DNA of 64,000 nucleotides from an uncultured Clostridium sp. Lineage in GTDB: Bacteria > Bacillota > Clostridia > TANB77 > CAG-508. Location: the NCBI GenBank assembly GCA_902491155.1, contig CABUGH010000003.1:691-64690 (forward strand). Reading direction: 5' to 3'. The notes under the pieces were generated by a model. It was given only the letters and a program-made list of their open reading frames with translations, was not told the origin of the DNA and made no database searches. How positions within the stretch are numbered: the stretch's first letter is position 1; each line of letters starts with the position of its first letter. Below are positions 1 to 9,675 of this stretch, piece after piece. Both the position numbers and the translations under genes were made by a program.

Positions 1-231
1 AAGAGATGTCTATATACTGAGCTACTTATAAGTGGTACTTTGAAACAGTATCTGCTAGACATAGATAAAAATGCTAGTAATAAAGTGAATTTACTTATAA
101 AGAAATTTGCTGAAGATGAAAATGTTAATGAGCAGCTAAAGGAACATCATCAAATGGAGTGGGTTCAGGCTATGAATAATATTAAAAATAGGGCTGAAGA
201 AATTGTTTTGAATGAACTTATATATGTATAG
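1..231 (+). CDS. tnpV: TnpV-like transposon-associated protein, C-terminal part (5' end lies outside the window)
   Basis: Frame 1 is open from base 1 (KRCLYTELLISGTLKQYLLDIDKNA...QMEWVQAMNNIKNRAEEIVLNELIYV). It resembles the C-terminus of TnpV from Tn4451-type clostridial elements, recalled from memory. Confidence 0.55.
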   Translation, partial: KRCLYTELLISGTLKQYLLDIDKNASNKVNLLIKKFAEDENVNEQLKEHHQMEWVQAMNNIKNRAEEIVLNELIYV

Positions 232-243
232 GAGGATATAAAG

Positions 244-533
244 ATGGTTAATTTTAGAAAAGTAAATGATGATATTTTGAAGGAGTGGTTATTATATAGA
301 GAGGATGAATTTTCTTCTTTAACTTGTGATGAAGATAAGGAACATTGGGTTTATTTTGATGAGATTTCTGATAAATTTTTAATTCTATTCCTAAACAGAA
401 TAGAGATTTTGTTAGAAAACAACTTAATATTCTTGATGATAATTTCTTGGATTATCTTGGCTATTGGAATGAGAAATATTACAGGAATGGTTTTGTAGAT
501 GGCTCCCAGCTAATTATGGGATGTTTTGAGTAA
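244..533 (+). pseudogene. Small conserved hypothetical gene, frameshifted near 372-380
   Basis: The ORF 244-498 turns into a hydrophobic nonsense tail. Another frame continues as IFNSIPKQNRDFVRKQLNILDDNFLDYLGYWNEKYYRNGFVDGSQLIMGCFE and stops at 531-533. The switch lies at the gataaattttt homopolymer stretch. Confidence 0.5.
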
Positions 534-632
534 TAATTTAATCACTGTTTAGTTACATAATAAAAAGGAAATAGATATATACATGAAGTGCAGCCAAAAA
601 GTTAGACACTTTTTCTGTTTCCTTTTTACTAT

Positions 633-1151
633 TTATTTTTCTAATTCTTCAAAGCCTTGTATTTCATAGTATTTTTTTCCATCAAAACAACATTCTAATT
701 TGTAATAATACTCATTATTCATAACATCTGTAACTGTTAAATATATTTCATTAGCATTTTTTATTTCATCAGGGAAAATATATAAATAAAAAATAGTATC
801 TTTATCTATTATATTACCATGCTCAGGAAAATAATACTTCCCATCTATAACTATATTTTTTAATATCATTATTGCATTATCTGTATTCTTTATTATACCT
901 TCTATCTCATAATCTCCTTTAATTTTACTTTCATTTACCATAACAAAATCATCGGCTTTATCCAGCCCGTTTATTATTTGATATGAATTATTAGCATAAA
1001 AATATGGTTTTATTCTTAATTTTTTATCTTCTATATCTTTTTTCTTTTGACTATTTATTGTTATTATCACTCCTCCTAATGTTAATATTCCTCCAATAAA
1101 AGATGCTACTATCGGAATAATAACATCTGAAATAATATTTAGATCATTCAT
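633..1151 (-). CDS. Hypothetical protein with a single N-terminal TM helix; last gene of the KAP-GNAT operon
   Basis: 172-aa ORF. It has a hydrophobic N-terminus (IIPIVASFIGGILTLGGVIITI) followed by a Tyr/Ile-rich soluble part. Its start overlaps the GNAT gene by 8 nt. Confidence 0.45.
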   Translation of the reverse strand: MNDLNIISDVIIPIVASFIGGILTLGGVIITINSQKKKDIEDKKLRIKPYFYANNSYQIINGLDKADDFVMVNESKIKGDYEIEGIIKNTDNAIMILKNIVIDGKYYFPEHGNIIDKDTIFYLYIFPDEIKNANEIYLTVTDVMNNEYYYKLECCFDGKKYYEIQGFEELEK

Positions 1152-1638
1152 ATCTTATTTCTCCTATATCTATTTTATTATTTTTCTTTTTTAATATTAA
1201 TGTTGTATGTTGTGATATTTTATCATGTACAAATCCAAATCTCTTCCAAAACCAATTTCCATCACCATCTGGTTGTAAAATAATGTTTTCATCTTTATAT
1301 ACTTCATCTAAAATATATTTAGCTAAAATCTTTCCAATTCCTTGGTTACGGTATGGATAATCTATCATAAAATCAGAAACGAATATATTTTCATCATCTA
1401 CATCATATTTTTTACTTATATTATTTGAATAATATATCACATGCAAATCTTCATAAATTATTGCATATCCTATTATTTTATATCTATACAAAATTGTTTT
1501 TTCTATAACTAAAAATATCTTTTCCCCTTTAGAAAAAGTTTGTATATTTAGAGTGTTTAAATATTTTGATTTATTGTATTTTCTAATAAATTTAGAATAC
1601 TCAATTCTTGTATTATAATCATATTCTATAATTTCCAT
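1144..1638 (-). CDS. GNAT family N-acetyltransferase
   Basis: 164 aa with a GNAT motif A-like YRNQGIGKILAKYILDEV. It lies 18 nt downstream of the KAP NTPase gene. Confidence 0.6.
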   Translation of the reverse strand: MEIIEYDYNTRIEYSKFIRKYNKSKYLNTLNIQTFSKGEKIFLVIEKTILYRYKIIGYAIIYEDLHVIYYSNNISKKYDVDDENIFVSDFMIDYPYRNQGIGKILAKYILDEVYKDENIILQPDGDGNWFWKRFGFVHDKISQHTTLILKKKNNKIDIGEIRYE

Positions 1639-1656
1639 ATCATATTATTCACCTTT

Positions 1657-4263
1657 TTATTTTATATTTATTTCTCTCAAGTCAATAAATTTATCAACAT
1701 ATACTGCTTTTTCGTGTAATGTAGCATTCGTTTCTTTTTCTTTTGAATTTTTATATACTCGTTTTATAAATTTTTCTATATCATTTAAATTCTCATCATT
1801 AATTTTAGATAATATTTCATCAACAATTTCATATGAACTAAGTTTATTGAATGTGTCAAAATTAATTGAATATCCATATCCTCCTGTTCCTACTGAATTT
1901 GATATCATATCTGCTAAAAATCCAAATATATTTTTTTCATTAATATATTTCATTTGATTTATACCTTCTTCACTATCTATTAAACAATATATGTTATACC
2001 TTGAATAATTCTTTTTATTATAAATATTTATATTATTATTAGTAACATTTAGTATTAATTTTTTGTAGCTTTCATCCAATTCATTATATAATTTTTCATT
2101 ATAATTCTGCTCCAAAGAATTATTTTCTTTCTTTAACCAGTGTATCATACCTCTTATAAAGTACATATTTTTATAATTAATTTCAATTATTGATTTAACT
2201 TGTTCTAATTCTTTTTTCGATAAATGTCTTATTATTTCTGCACAAACTATTTCTAGCCTATCATTTGCATTTAATCCAAAAAAGATTGATGTATTATCCA
2301 TATATTTTTGTGATTCGATTAAACAAATTAAAATAGGAACTTTATTTTTGTCAATATCTCTACAATACATTTCTATTGTTTCAATTATAAATTTTTGCCC
2401 TATTCCTTTATACATATATAATATTTCTGAAAGTTTATTTTGTAGTGTTTTAATTTCTTCAATATTCTCTAAATCAAGTTCATTTTTATTATTCCATTCA
2501 ACAAACTCCTTTATTTTAGTGTCTATACTTATAAAATCATTTTCTTGTTTTACAAAATATAAATCGAAAAACTTAGCATTATATATTCTTCTTTCAATTA
2601 AAGATTGCCTATATTGTTCTTTATCTCTTGGAATAAGATATTCTGATTCATTTAAAAATTCAACATTCTTATGATAAAATCTATATGCTTTGTCATATTT
2701 CTCTACGTTAGGAAATAATAAACATAGTATATCCTTATATTCTTTATTTTCACTACTTCCAAATAAATCAGCAAAATATTTAGTTGCACGTTCATTAAAT
2801 TCTTTTGCACTATCTTTTAAATAGCCATAAACTGCAACTTGATCTTCTGAAACATAATATTCATAATTTTTTCTAATATCTTTATATAATTCTATATTTT
2901 CTTGTCTAATTAGCTCTATTAAAAAATAATCTACTTTGTTTAAATAATTATCTCCAAAAAAACAACTATTACATATAGAGTTTATTTTTCTTTTAAAAGA
3001 TCTTAAGTCTTTTATATTTTTATTAAACAAATTAATTGCTGGTATATATTTTTCCATATCTTCTTTATTAATTCCATAATGTATTAATAAATTTTTCATA
3101 CATGTTACATAAACTTCATTTATATCTTCCTGATTAATATCTGGTACTGACAATGGTAATTGAATAACTTTATCCATATAATCATAATTAATATGTAATT
3201 TATTTTTAAATATATCTTTCATTTCATCTTCATCATAACTTAAAACATATATAAATCTTTCTATATTTAAAATTGTAGAAATAGTTTTTAAAATAACTAA
3301 AATATTATTTTCATTCGTCCTTTCAAGATTATCTATAATAAACACTACTCTTTTATTATTCTTTTTTAAATACTCACCTATCATTAATTTAATTTTATCT
3401 ATTATTTTATAATCAAATGAAAAATATCCTATATTTACATCTGCTTTTAACGAAACTATAGCTATACAACTATTAACAAATTTTTTTACTTCTAACGTAC
3501 TAAAATTTATGCCAATTTTTTTTATAATTTCATCAAACATTCCATATAGCAAAGCTTTTTCATTATTATATTTCCATGTTTCAAAATTATCAATAATTAT
3601 AAAGTTTTCAGGATCTAATTGTTTTTTCACAATATTTAATATTGTAGTTTTACCAGAACCCCACTTTCCTGTTAAAGATATTATAAATCTCTCTTTATTT
3701 TTGCAATAATTTATACTATTAAATAAATCTCCAATAATTTTATTTCTATTTAGTAAATCATAATCAACATCTTTTTCTTCAAGAAAAATTAAATCATGAT
3801 TACTATTATCTATTTCATTTTTATATAGTTTTCTAATATCATATACATTAAATTCTTTTTTCTCATTTACTTTTTTATCCAATATGTACATTATGATAAG
3901 TCTTAAGATTATAAAACCTATCAATACATTTTCTAGTAATATACACATTATTAATTTAAAACTTGAATATGAAATATATTTACTATATAACATATATATT
4001 GTCGTAGATATAAAACCTGCAAATAATATTAAATCAAAATAATTAAAGACATTAACCTTTATCAAGTTTAAAAATTTTTTATCAATTATAAAAAATGTAA
4101 TAACTACTATTAAAGCAATAATACAATATATATCATAATTTTCTAATAAGAAAGTAGGAATATTAAACATATCTATTAACAAAAATACTATTATAAATAA
4201 TAAAATAGTTTCAATTATCTCTCTAACTTTAAATATTTTTAGAAAATTTATTCTTTCTTTCAT
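1657..4263 (-). CDS. KAP-family P-loop NTPase with an N-terminal multi-TM region
   Basis: 868 aa. The Walker A is LTGKWGSGKTTILN, and DNLER is a Walker B-like motif. About 4-5 hydrophobic helices lie in the first 130 aa. Confidence 0.65.
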   Translation of the reverse strand: MKERINFLKIFKVREIIETILLFIIVFLLIDMFNIPTFLLENYDIYCIIALIVVITFFIIDKKFLNLIKVNVFNYFDLILFAGFISTTIYMLYSKYISYSSFKLIMCILLENVLIGFIILRLIIMYILDKKVNEKKEFNVYDIRKLYKNEIDNSNHDLIFLEEKDVDYDLLNRNKIIGDLFNSINYCKNKERFIISLTGKWGSGKTTILNIVKKQLDPENFIIIDNFETWKYNNEKALLYGMFDEIIKKIGINFSTLEVKKFVNSCIAIVSLKADVNIGYFSFDYKIIDKIKLMIGEYLKKNNKRVVFIIDNLERTNENNILVILKTISTILNIERFIYVLSYDEDEMKDIFKNKLHINYDYMDKVIQLPLSVPDINQEDINEVYVTCMKNLLIHYGINKEDMEKYIPAINLFNKNIKDLRSFKRKINSICNSCFFGDNYLNKVDYFLIELIRQENIELYKDIRKNYEYYVSEDQVAVYGYLKDSAKEFNERATKYFADLFGSSENKEYKDILCLLFPNVEKYDKAYRFYHKNVEFLNESEYLIPRDKEQYRQSLIERRIYNAKFFDLYFVKQENDFISIDTKIKEFVEWNNKNELDLENIEEIKTLQNKLSEILYMYKGIGQKFIIETIEMYCRDIDKNKVPILICLIESQKYMDNTSIFFGLNANDRLEIVCAEIIRHLSKKELEQVKSIIEINYKNMYFIRGMIHWLKKENNSLEQNYNEKLYNELDESYKKLILNVTNNNINIYNKKNYSRYNIYCLIDSEEGINQMKYINEKNIFGFLADMISNSVGTGGYGYSINFDTFNKLSSYEIVDEILSKINDENLNDIEKFIKRVYKNSKEKETNATLHEKAVYVDKFIDLREINIK

Positions 4264-4280
4264 CTTATTCCTCCATTATA

Positions 4281-4311
4281 AAAGACAAGATAATCCCGTT
4301 ATCTTGTCTTT
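4281..4311 (-). terminator. Hairpin between the DUF4268-type gene and the KAP NTPase gene
   Basis: aaagacaagat / atcttgtcttt is an 11-bp perfect stem with a 9-nt loop. The following T run is weak, so the call is moderate. Confidence 0.45.
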
Positions 4312-4323
4312 TGTAAAAATATT

Positions 4324-5253
4324 TTATTTATTATAAATTTTATTAAATTCTTTTTTTACTATTAAAGCATTATGACAGAACCATTTAAAGCATCCTTCCC
4401 ACTCTTCTTGATTTGTTACATCAAATTTTTTTATAGCCTTTATTCTTGAAGCTTTTTTATTATCTAATCGTTGCCATTTATACTTTAATCCAGTCTTTTC
4501 TTCTAGCAATTCTTTATTAGTATAAAATAAATCATATATTTCTTTGTTATTATCAATATAAACTTCTATTCCTATTTCACTTCTTTGTGTTGCACATGTT
4601 AATGAAATATGATATTCAGAGTTTCCCATAGGTAAGTCATACCAATGTTGTGGTAATGCTTTTCTTTTATTAAATTCTTTTGAGTAATCTTCATTACTTG
4701 CACCATATTCTCCAAATGCTTGCCAAAACTCTCCTTGTAATTTTTGAGCTTTTCCCAGTCCATTAGTTGCTTTTTGAGTTTTTCCCCAATCATTTGGCTT
4801 TGATACTATATTAAATTTAGGTGCAGCTAGAGAATCTCCTATTTTCCAAACTTCAATTTCTAATAAGAAAAATCCAACTTCTTCGTCAGTATGTGCATTT
4901 AACCATTCTATAGCTTGTCTATGTTCATCTCTAGCTCTTTTTACTATCCATATAATAGTTTTTGCATCTTTTCCAGAAGCATATGTAATTATTTTTCCTA
5001 AATGGTCATGATTAGAATCTTCTAACTGATTTTCTATTACAACTTTTCTGTCTGTTCCTTCTTCTTTTCCATAGATATCAACGCTATATTTTCCAACTGC
5101 TGATTCTCTTTCTTCTAGTACTATATCAATTCCTATAGTATTACTTAGTTCCTTTAAGTTTTCTTCTTTACTCAACCAAACAGAAAAATCATATTCTTCA
5201 TTTGGCCAAATATCTCTTAATTTAACTTTTTCTAATTTTCCTAGTTTATTCAT
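4324..5253 (-). CDS. DUF4268-type protein with an N-terminal PD-(D/E)XK-like nuclease core
   Basis: 309 aa. VDIYGKEE...VVIENQLEDSNHDHLGKIITYASG matches the D...E-x-Q plus DHDHLGQ signature I recall for DUF4268 proteins found beside type I RM loci. Confidence 0.55.
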   Translation of the reverse strand: MNKLGKLEKVKLRDIWPNEEYDFSVWLSKEENLKELSNTIGIDIVLEERESAVGKYSVDIYGKEEGTDRKVVIENQLEDSNHDHLGKIITYASGKDAKTIIWIVKRARDEHRQAIEWLNAHTDEEVGFFLLEIEVWKIGDSLAAPKFNIVSKPNDWGKTQKATNGLGKAQKLQGEFWQAFGEYGASNEDYSKEFNKRKALPQHWYDLPMGNSEYHISLTCATQRSEIGIEVYIDNNKEIYDLFYTNKELLEEKTGLKYKWQRLDNKKASRIKAIKKFDVTNQEEWEGCFKWFCHNALIVKKEFNKIYNK

Positions 5254-5281
5254 AATTACCTCGTTTATTCATAATTACCTC

Positions 5282-6064
5282 TTATATCATCTTTTTTAAT
5301 ATCATTGCTAATATTTCATATGCATACTTATATACTTCTATAGAATTCTTATCTGGTAAAACTTCACCATGCATTAAAGAACATCTTAATAAGTATAATA
5401 TATCTACTAACGCCATTGATATTTTTTCATTATTATCTATAAAGTGTATATTTAAAAATATGTTTTTATCTTTATCCGATACTGTCTTTTTTAAAACACT
5501 TTCAATTGTATATGGGTTAATCTCTCCATAAAAATATTTTAACTGTAATTTTTTTTCATCTGATAACTTCTTAAAATCACTATTATTTTCCAATTCTATT
5601 TCATTATAGCTTTCTTGATATAATTGAAACTCTATATGATTTACATTATTCTTATTTACTATTTTACTTTCAATAGAGCTATTAGTTCTCCTTAAAATAT
5701 ATCTTGACATTCTATATATTTCATCGCAAGTATTTTTTGTATTTACCATTGCTATATTCGCAAAAGATATTTTAACAACTTTTGAAGATCGTTCTTGAGT
5801 CATAATAGCTGAATTAGTAAGAGCTCTATGCAAATTTCCTATATTTTCCTTAAATTTTATTGATTCATTACTCGAAGAATCTAATAATGAATTAATATAG
5901 TTTTTAAATTCATTATTTTGTGACTTTATTTTTTCTATTATCTTTATATCTTGTTTATCGTTATATTTTGTTCTATACCAAGAATTGAAAGCAATCCACG
6001 CCTTTATAAAAGCTGAAAAATAGTCTACTTCTATATCAATTTTATCTATCCAATCTTTATACAT
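5282..6064 (-). CDS. HEPN-like protein (Rx4H motif)
   Basis: 260 aa. The C-terminal LRCSLMHGE fits the HEPN Rx4-6H motif, and the N-terminus has an FIKAWIAFNSWY helix. Beyond that I have no family recognition. Confidence 0.35.
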   Translation of the reverse strand: MYKDWIDKIDIEVDYFSAFIKAWIAFNSWYRTKYNDKQDIKIIEKIKSQNNEFKNYINSLLDSSSNESIKFKENIGNLHRALTNSAIMTQERSSKVVKISFANIAMVNTKNTCDEIYRMSRYILRRTNSSIESKIVNKNNVNHIEFQLYQESYNEIELENNSDFKKLSDEKKLQLKYFYGEINPYTIESVLKKTVSDKDKNIFLNIHFIDNNEKISMALVDILYLLRCSLMHGEVLPDKNSIEVYKYAYEILAMILKKMI

Positions 6065-6077
6065 TTTTTATTTCCTC

Positions 6078-7385
6078 TTATTTACTTTGATTTATATATT
6101 TTATTGCTTCATCTTCATTTTTTTCTATTGCTATTTGTATAGCTTTTTTAGCGATTTCCAATAGGTCTTTTGATTTCTGTCTTAATTCGAATGTTTTTCT
6201 TAATTTGTTTGAGACTCTATCTTGTATACTTTTATCTAAAATAGGAATCTCTATTTTTTTTAAATCTTCTTTATTTATACAAGTTAATATAGTGCCCGTA
6301 CATTGTTGTTTCATTAACGATTGCATTAGTTTGCTCTTAAAAAGTACTAATAAACAATTAGATTCTATATATTCACTATCTATAACAAAAAATCCATTTG
6401 AACAAATGGCACCATCAAATTCTTCATCTATTATAGCGCAACTATTTAGAGATCCTTCAATAGAAGAAACAATGACTTGTCCTTTCTTCACCATCCTCCT
6501 AGCTCTTGTAGGTAATTCACTGCCTATAATTTCTCTAACGTCTAAAATATCCATGTTATTCCTTACATTTGACAATTCAATATATTTATAAGTTTTATCA
6601 TTTTCCGGTATAAAGTTTTTATCATATATATTACAAATATCTCCTACTGTTCTTTTGCTTCCATTGTAATTTCTTATAAACTCATTATACTTTTCATAAT
6701 TTAGTTGATAATATTCTGCATCTAATCTATTAGAATTTTTTACACTTTCTTTATAGCTTTTTATATTATAATTTATATTATTTCCATTCTCTTGATAATC
6801 AATTACTTGATCAAATTCTTCTTCAACTTCTTTATATAATCCTACGCTCATTTCATTCATTTCATGTTGTTTATCAACAAGAGATTCAATAATAGATTGA
6901 AAATTATCACTAAATTTAGGTATTGGTATTCTTCTTATTCTTGACATAGCAACTGTTGGTTGCGCTGATAATGTTTTCTCTTTATTTAAAATACTTTGCC
7001 CTATATCTAAATTAAGAAAAACAGATAAAAGTCCTGATTTTATTTGGCAATTATTTTTTGGCCTAATTCTACATACATTAGGTCCTAATTGGTAATTTTC
7101 TTCATATAATTTTAAGGCTCTTCTATATTCTCCAGTATATGATAATATTATATCATTTTTATGTAACTTTGATCTCTGCAAAAATTTGTCTGCTACGTTT
7201 TTGTCTATAGTAATATAATCATTTAAATCCAAAAAATTTTTTTGAATATTTTTACTTGTCAAAGCTATATAGTTTTCACTGGAGGTCATATTTTTATTAG
7301 TAAAATATTCTGTATACTCAAAACCTGCTAGCTTTGATACTTCAAATTCTTCTCCTATATATCTAAAATCCTTTGATTTTATCAT
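6078..7385 (-). CDS. hsdS: Restriction-modification specificity (HsdS-like) subunit with two TRDs
   Basis: 435 aa from the first ATG, with an internal RLDAEYYQLNYEKY conserved region. The same frame stays open upstream to about 7562 and encodes a second copy of that motif (FRYDAEYFNKEA) with no ATG/GTG/TTG in front. Confidence 0.8.
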   Translation of the reverse strand: MIKSKDFRYIGEEFEVSKLAGFEYTEYFTNKNMTSSENYIALTSKNIQKNFLDLNDYITIDKNVADKFLQRSKLHKNDIILSYTGEYRRALKLYEENYQLGPNVCRIRPKNNCQIKSGLLSVFLNLDIGQSILNKEKTLSAQPTVAMSRIRRIPIPKFSDNFQSIIESLVDKQHEMNEMSVGLYKEVEEEFDQVIDYQENGNNINYNIKSYKESVKNSNRLDAEYYQLNYEKYNEFIRNYNGSKRTVGDICNIYDKNFIPENDKTYKYIELSNVRNNMDILDVREIIGSELPTRARRMVKKGQVIVSSIEGSLNSCAIIDEEFDGAICSNGFFVIDSEYIESNCLLVLFKSKLMQSLMKQQCTGTILTCINKEDLKKIEIPILDKSIQDRVSNKLRKTFELRQKSKDLLEIAKKAIQIAIEKNEDEAIKYINQSK

Positions 7386-7537
7386 TTTTATATATTTAGT
7401 TGCCTCTTTATTAAAATATTCAGCATCATATCTAAAGCATTCATTATTATTTAGAACTTCTTTTTTACTAATTTCAACACATTCTAGCCCGTCTAATAGC
7501 CTTTCATATAGTTTCTTGTTGAAGGGCTTCGGGCTAT

Positions 7538-9508
7538 CTAAAAAAAACTTAATTTTTCTTTTTTAGCAAATTCTATAAAAGCTTCAGCAATTCCATCTTG
7601 TGTTAAACCTTCATGATTATATAAATCATGATCTACAATTAAATGTCCATGATTATCTAAAATATTTTCACCATTTTCATCTTTAACATATATTTTTTCA
7701 CCTGAATTGTTTTTCCCTGGTTTTTGCATTGTAGCAAAGAAAATATTATAATCATCAACTTTGGGGCATAATTTATCATCCCATTTCTGTACAAATAATA
7801 CACTTGTCTTCGTTCCAGTATGTGGTTTAAATGTATTTCCATGTAATCCAACAACAGCTAGTATTCTACACCTTTCAGAAATGAACTCTCTTATATATTG
7901 ATCATTAGCATTATTAAATCTTCCTTGTGGCAAGATTATAGCCATTCTTCCACCTGGTTTTAAGAAATTAAGATTTCTTTCAATAAATAGAATATCTCTT
8001 CCAACTTTATTTTGCCACTTTCCTTTAGAATTCTTTCCTAATTCATATCTAGTAATAATTTGATTTTCTTTTATATCTCCTGCAAATGGTGGATTTGCCA
8101 TTAAAACGTCAAAATTAAATTCTTTATAATCATTTGCTCCTTCAGGTCTTATTCTTTTTAATTTTCTAAATCCTTCAAAATAAGCATCTTGCCATCTATC
8201 TTGCCTTGTTATTTCATCCCACCTTGAATAATCTAATGTATTTAGGTTAATAACATTAGTTTTTCCATCTCCTGCTATTAAGTTAAGGGTTTTTGCTACT
8301 CTAACAGCTTTTTCATCAAAATCTATTGCAAACACTTTATCTTCAACATATTTTATTTCATCATTACTTCTTTCTTCTGCTGTAAAATTATCTCCTTTAG
8401 GCAAGCCTTTTCTTTCTCTTATGGCATTCCATACATGAAAAATACTATGTACTGTGAATCCAGAACTACCTGCTGCTGTATCTATAACATATTCATCTTC
8501 CTTTGGGTTCATCATTTTTACACACATGTCAATTACATATCTTGGTGTAAAATATTGTCCTTTTTCTCCTTTTGATGATTTACTCATCAAATATTCAAAA
8601 GCATCATCTACTACATCCAAATTTGAATTAAATAATTTTACATTCTGCAATGAAGCAACACAAACAGATAGATGTGATGGTGTCAATAAAATTTTGCTAT
8701 CCTCATCAAATACTCCTCTCCATTTGTTTTTTGCTTCTTCAAATAATACAGAAATTTTATTATATAATTCCATCTCTGTACAACCACTGTTTCTAAACTT
8801 TAAATATGATGTTTTATCTCTAGCAGCCATTAATTCATCATATAATTTTGTGAAAATCAATTTAAATACTTCTTCAAAAGAGTCTACTCCTGCACTCGCT
8901 AATACTTCATCCTCCATTTCTTGGATTAAATTCTTAAGTGATTTCTTCTCTGTTTGCAGTTTATCTATTTTTTTTAAATCTTCATATGTTACTTTCTCAT
9001 TAATGATGTCAGATAGTTTCTCACTTGATTTTGGAATGTTTGTTATATCTTCAAAATAATTTGGATCTTTTCTATTGTAATAAGAAATTTGTTCTCCATT
9101 GGTCCAAACACCAATTGGTGCACCTGTAGCATTACAATAAGATTTTAATTGTTCTTTTCCATCCGCTAATTTTGGTTTTTTTAATTCAACAATAATATAT
9201 GGTACAAGTGGATCATTTATATCATTAATAACGATATCTGCTCTCTTTACTTCTCTTCCAAAATGAATTGGGTATTCTAAAGTTATTCTATCTTTTGAAT
9301 ATCCATATGTATTTATTAATTTATTTAGGAATAATTGTCTTACAGTTTCTTCCGGTGTCAATTTTATTTCTTTTTCTCTAATAATACATTGTACATAAGC
9401 AGTTTCATCTTTATAGTAAATTTTATTTTCAAATTTATTTATTTCTTCTTCAGAAAATTGTGTATCATCATAATTGGAATTTTTTAATATCTCATTTATT
9501 TTTTTCAT
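7538..9508 (-). CDS. N6-adenine DNA methyltransferase fused to an N-terminal HSDR_N/PD-(D/E)XK domain
   Basis: 656 aa. Motif IV is MANPPFAG and motif I-like is VIDTAAGSSGF. The N-terminus RADIVIND...PYIIVELKKPK is a D...ExK nuclease-type core. Confidence 0.8.
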   Translation of the reverse strand: MKKINEILKNSNYDDTQFSEEEINKFENKIYYKDETAYVQCIIREKEIKLTPEETVRQLFLNKLINTYGYSKDRITLEYPIHFGREVKRADIVINDINDPLVPYIIVELKKPKLADGKEQLKSYCNATGAPIGVWTNGEQISYYNRKDPNYFEDITNIPKSSEKLSDIINEKVTYEDLKKIDKLQTEKKSLKNLIQEMEDEVLASAGVDSFEEVFKLIFTKLYDELMAARDKTSYLKFRNSGCTEMELYNKISVLFEEAKNKWRGVFDEDSKILLTPSHLSVCVASLQNVKLFNSNLDVVDDAFEYLMSKSSKGEKGQYFTPRYVIDMCVKMMNPKEDEYVIDTAAGSSGFTVHSIFHVWNAIRERKGLPKGDNFTAEERSNDEIKYVEDKVFAIDFDEKAVRVAKTLNLIAGDGKTNVINLNTLDYSRWDEITRQDRWQDAYFEGFRKLKRIRPEGANDYKEFNFDVLMANPPFAGDIKENQIITRYELGKNSKGKWQNKVGRDILFIERNLNFLKPGGRMAIILPQGRFNNANDQYIREFISERCRILAVVGLHGNTFKPHTGTKTSVLFVQKWDDKLCPKVDDYNIFFATMQKPGKNNSGEKIYVKDENGENILDNHGHLIVDHDLYNHEGLTQDGIAEAFIEFAKKEKLSFF

Positions 9509-9675
9509 TTTTTACTTCCTTCCATACATTTTATAAAAACTCAATTATACTATATCATAAAAGCCTTTTTTTCTCAACAAATTTACCATTATTTTTCCCA
9601 AAAATTCTATATATAAAAACTGATGCACAATTTTGCACCAGTTCTATCTTTCATACCTTTTATCTTTCTTCTTTT

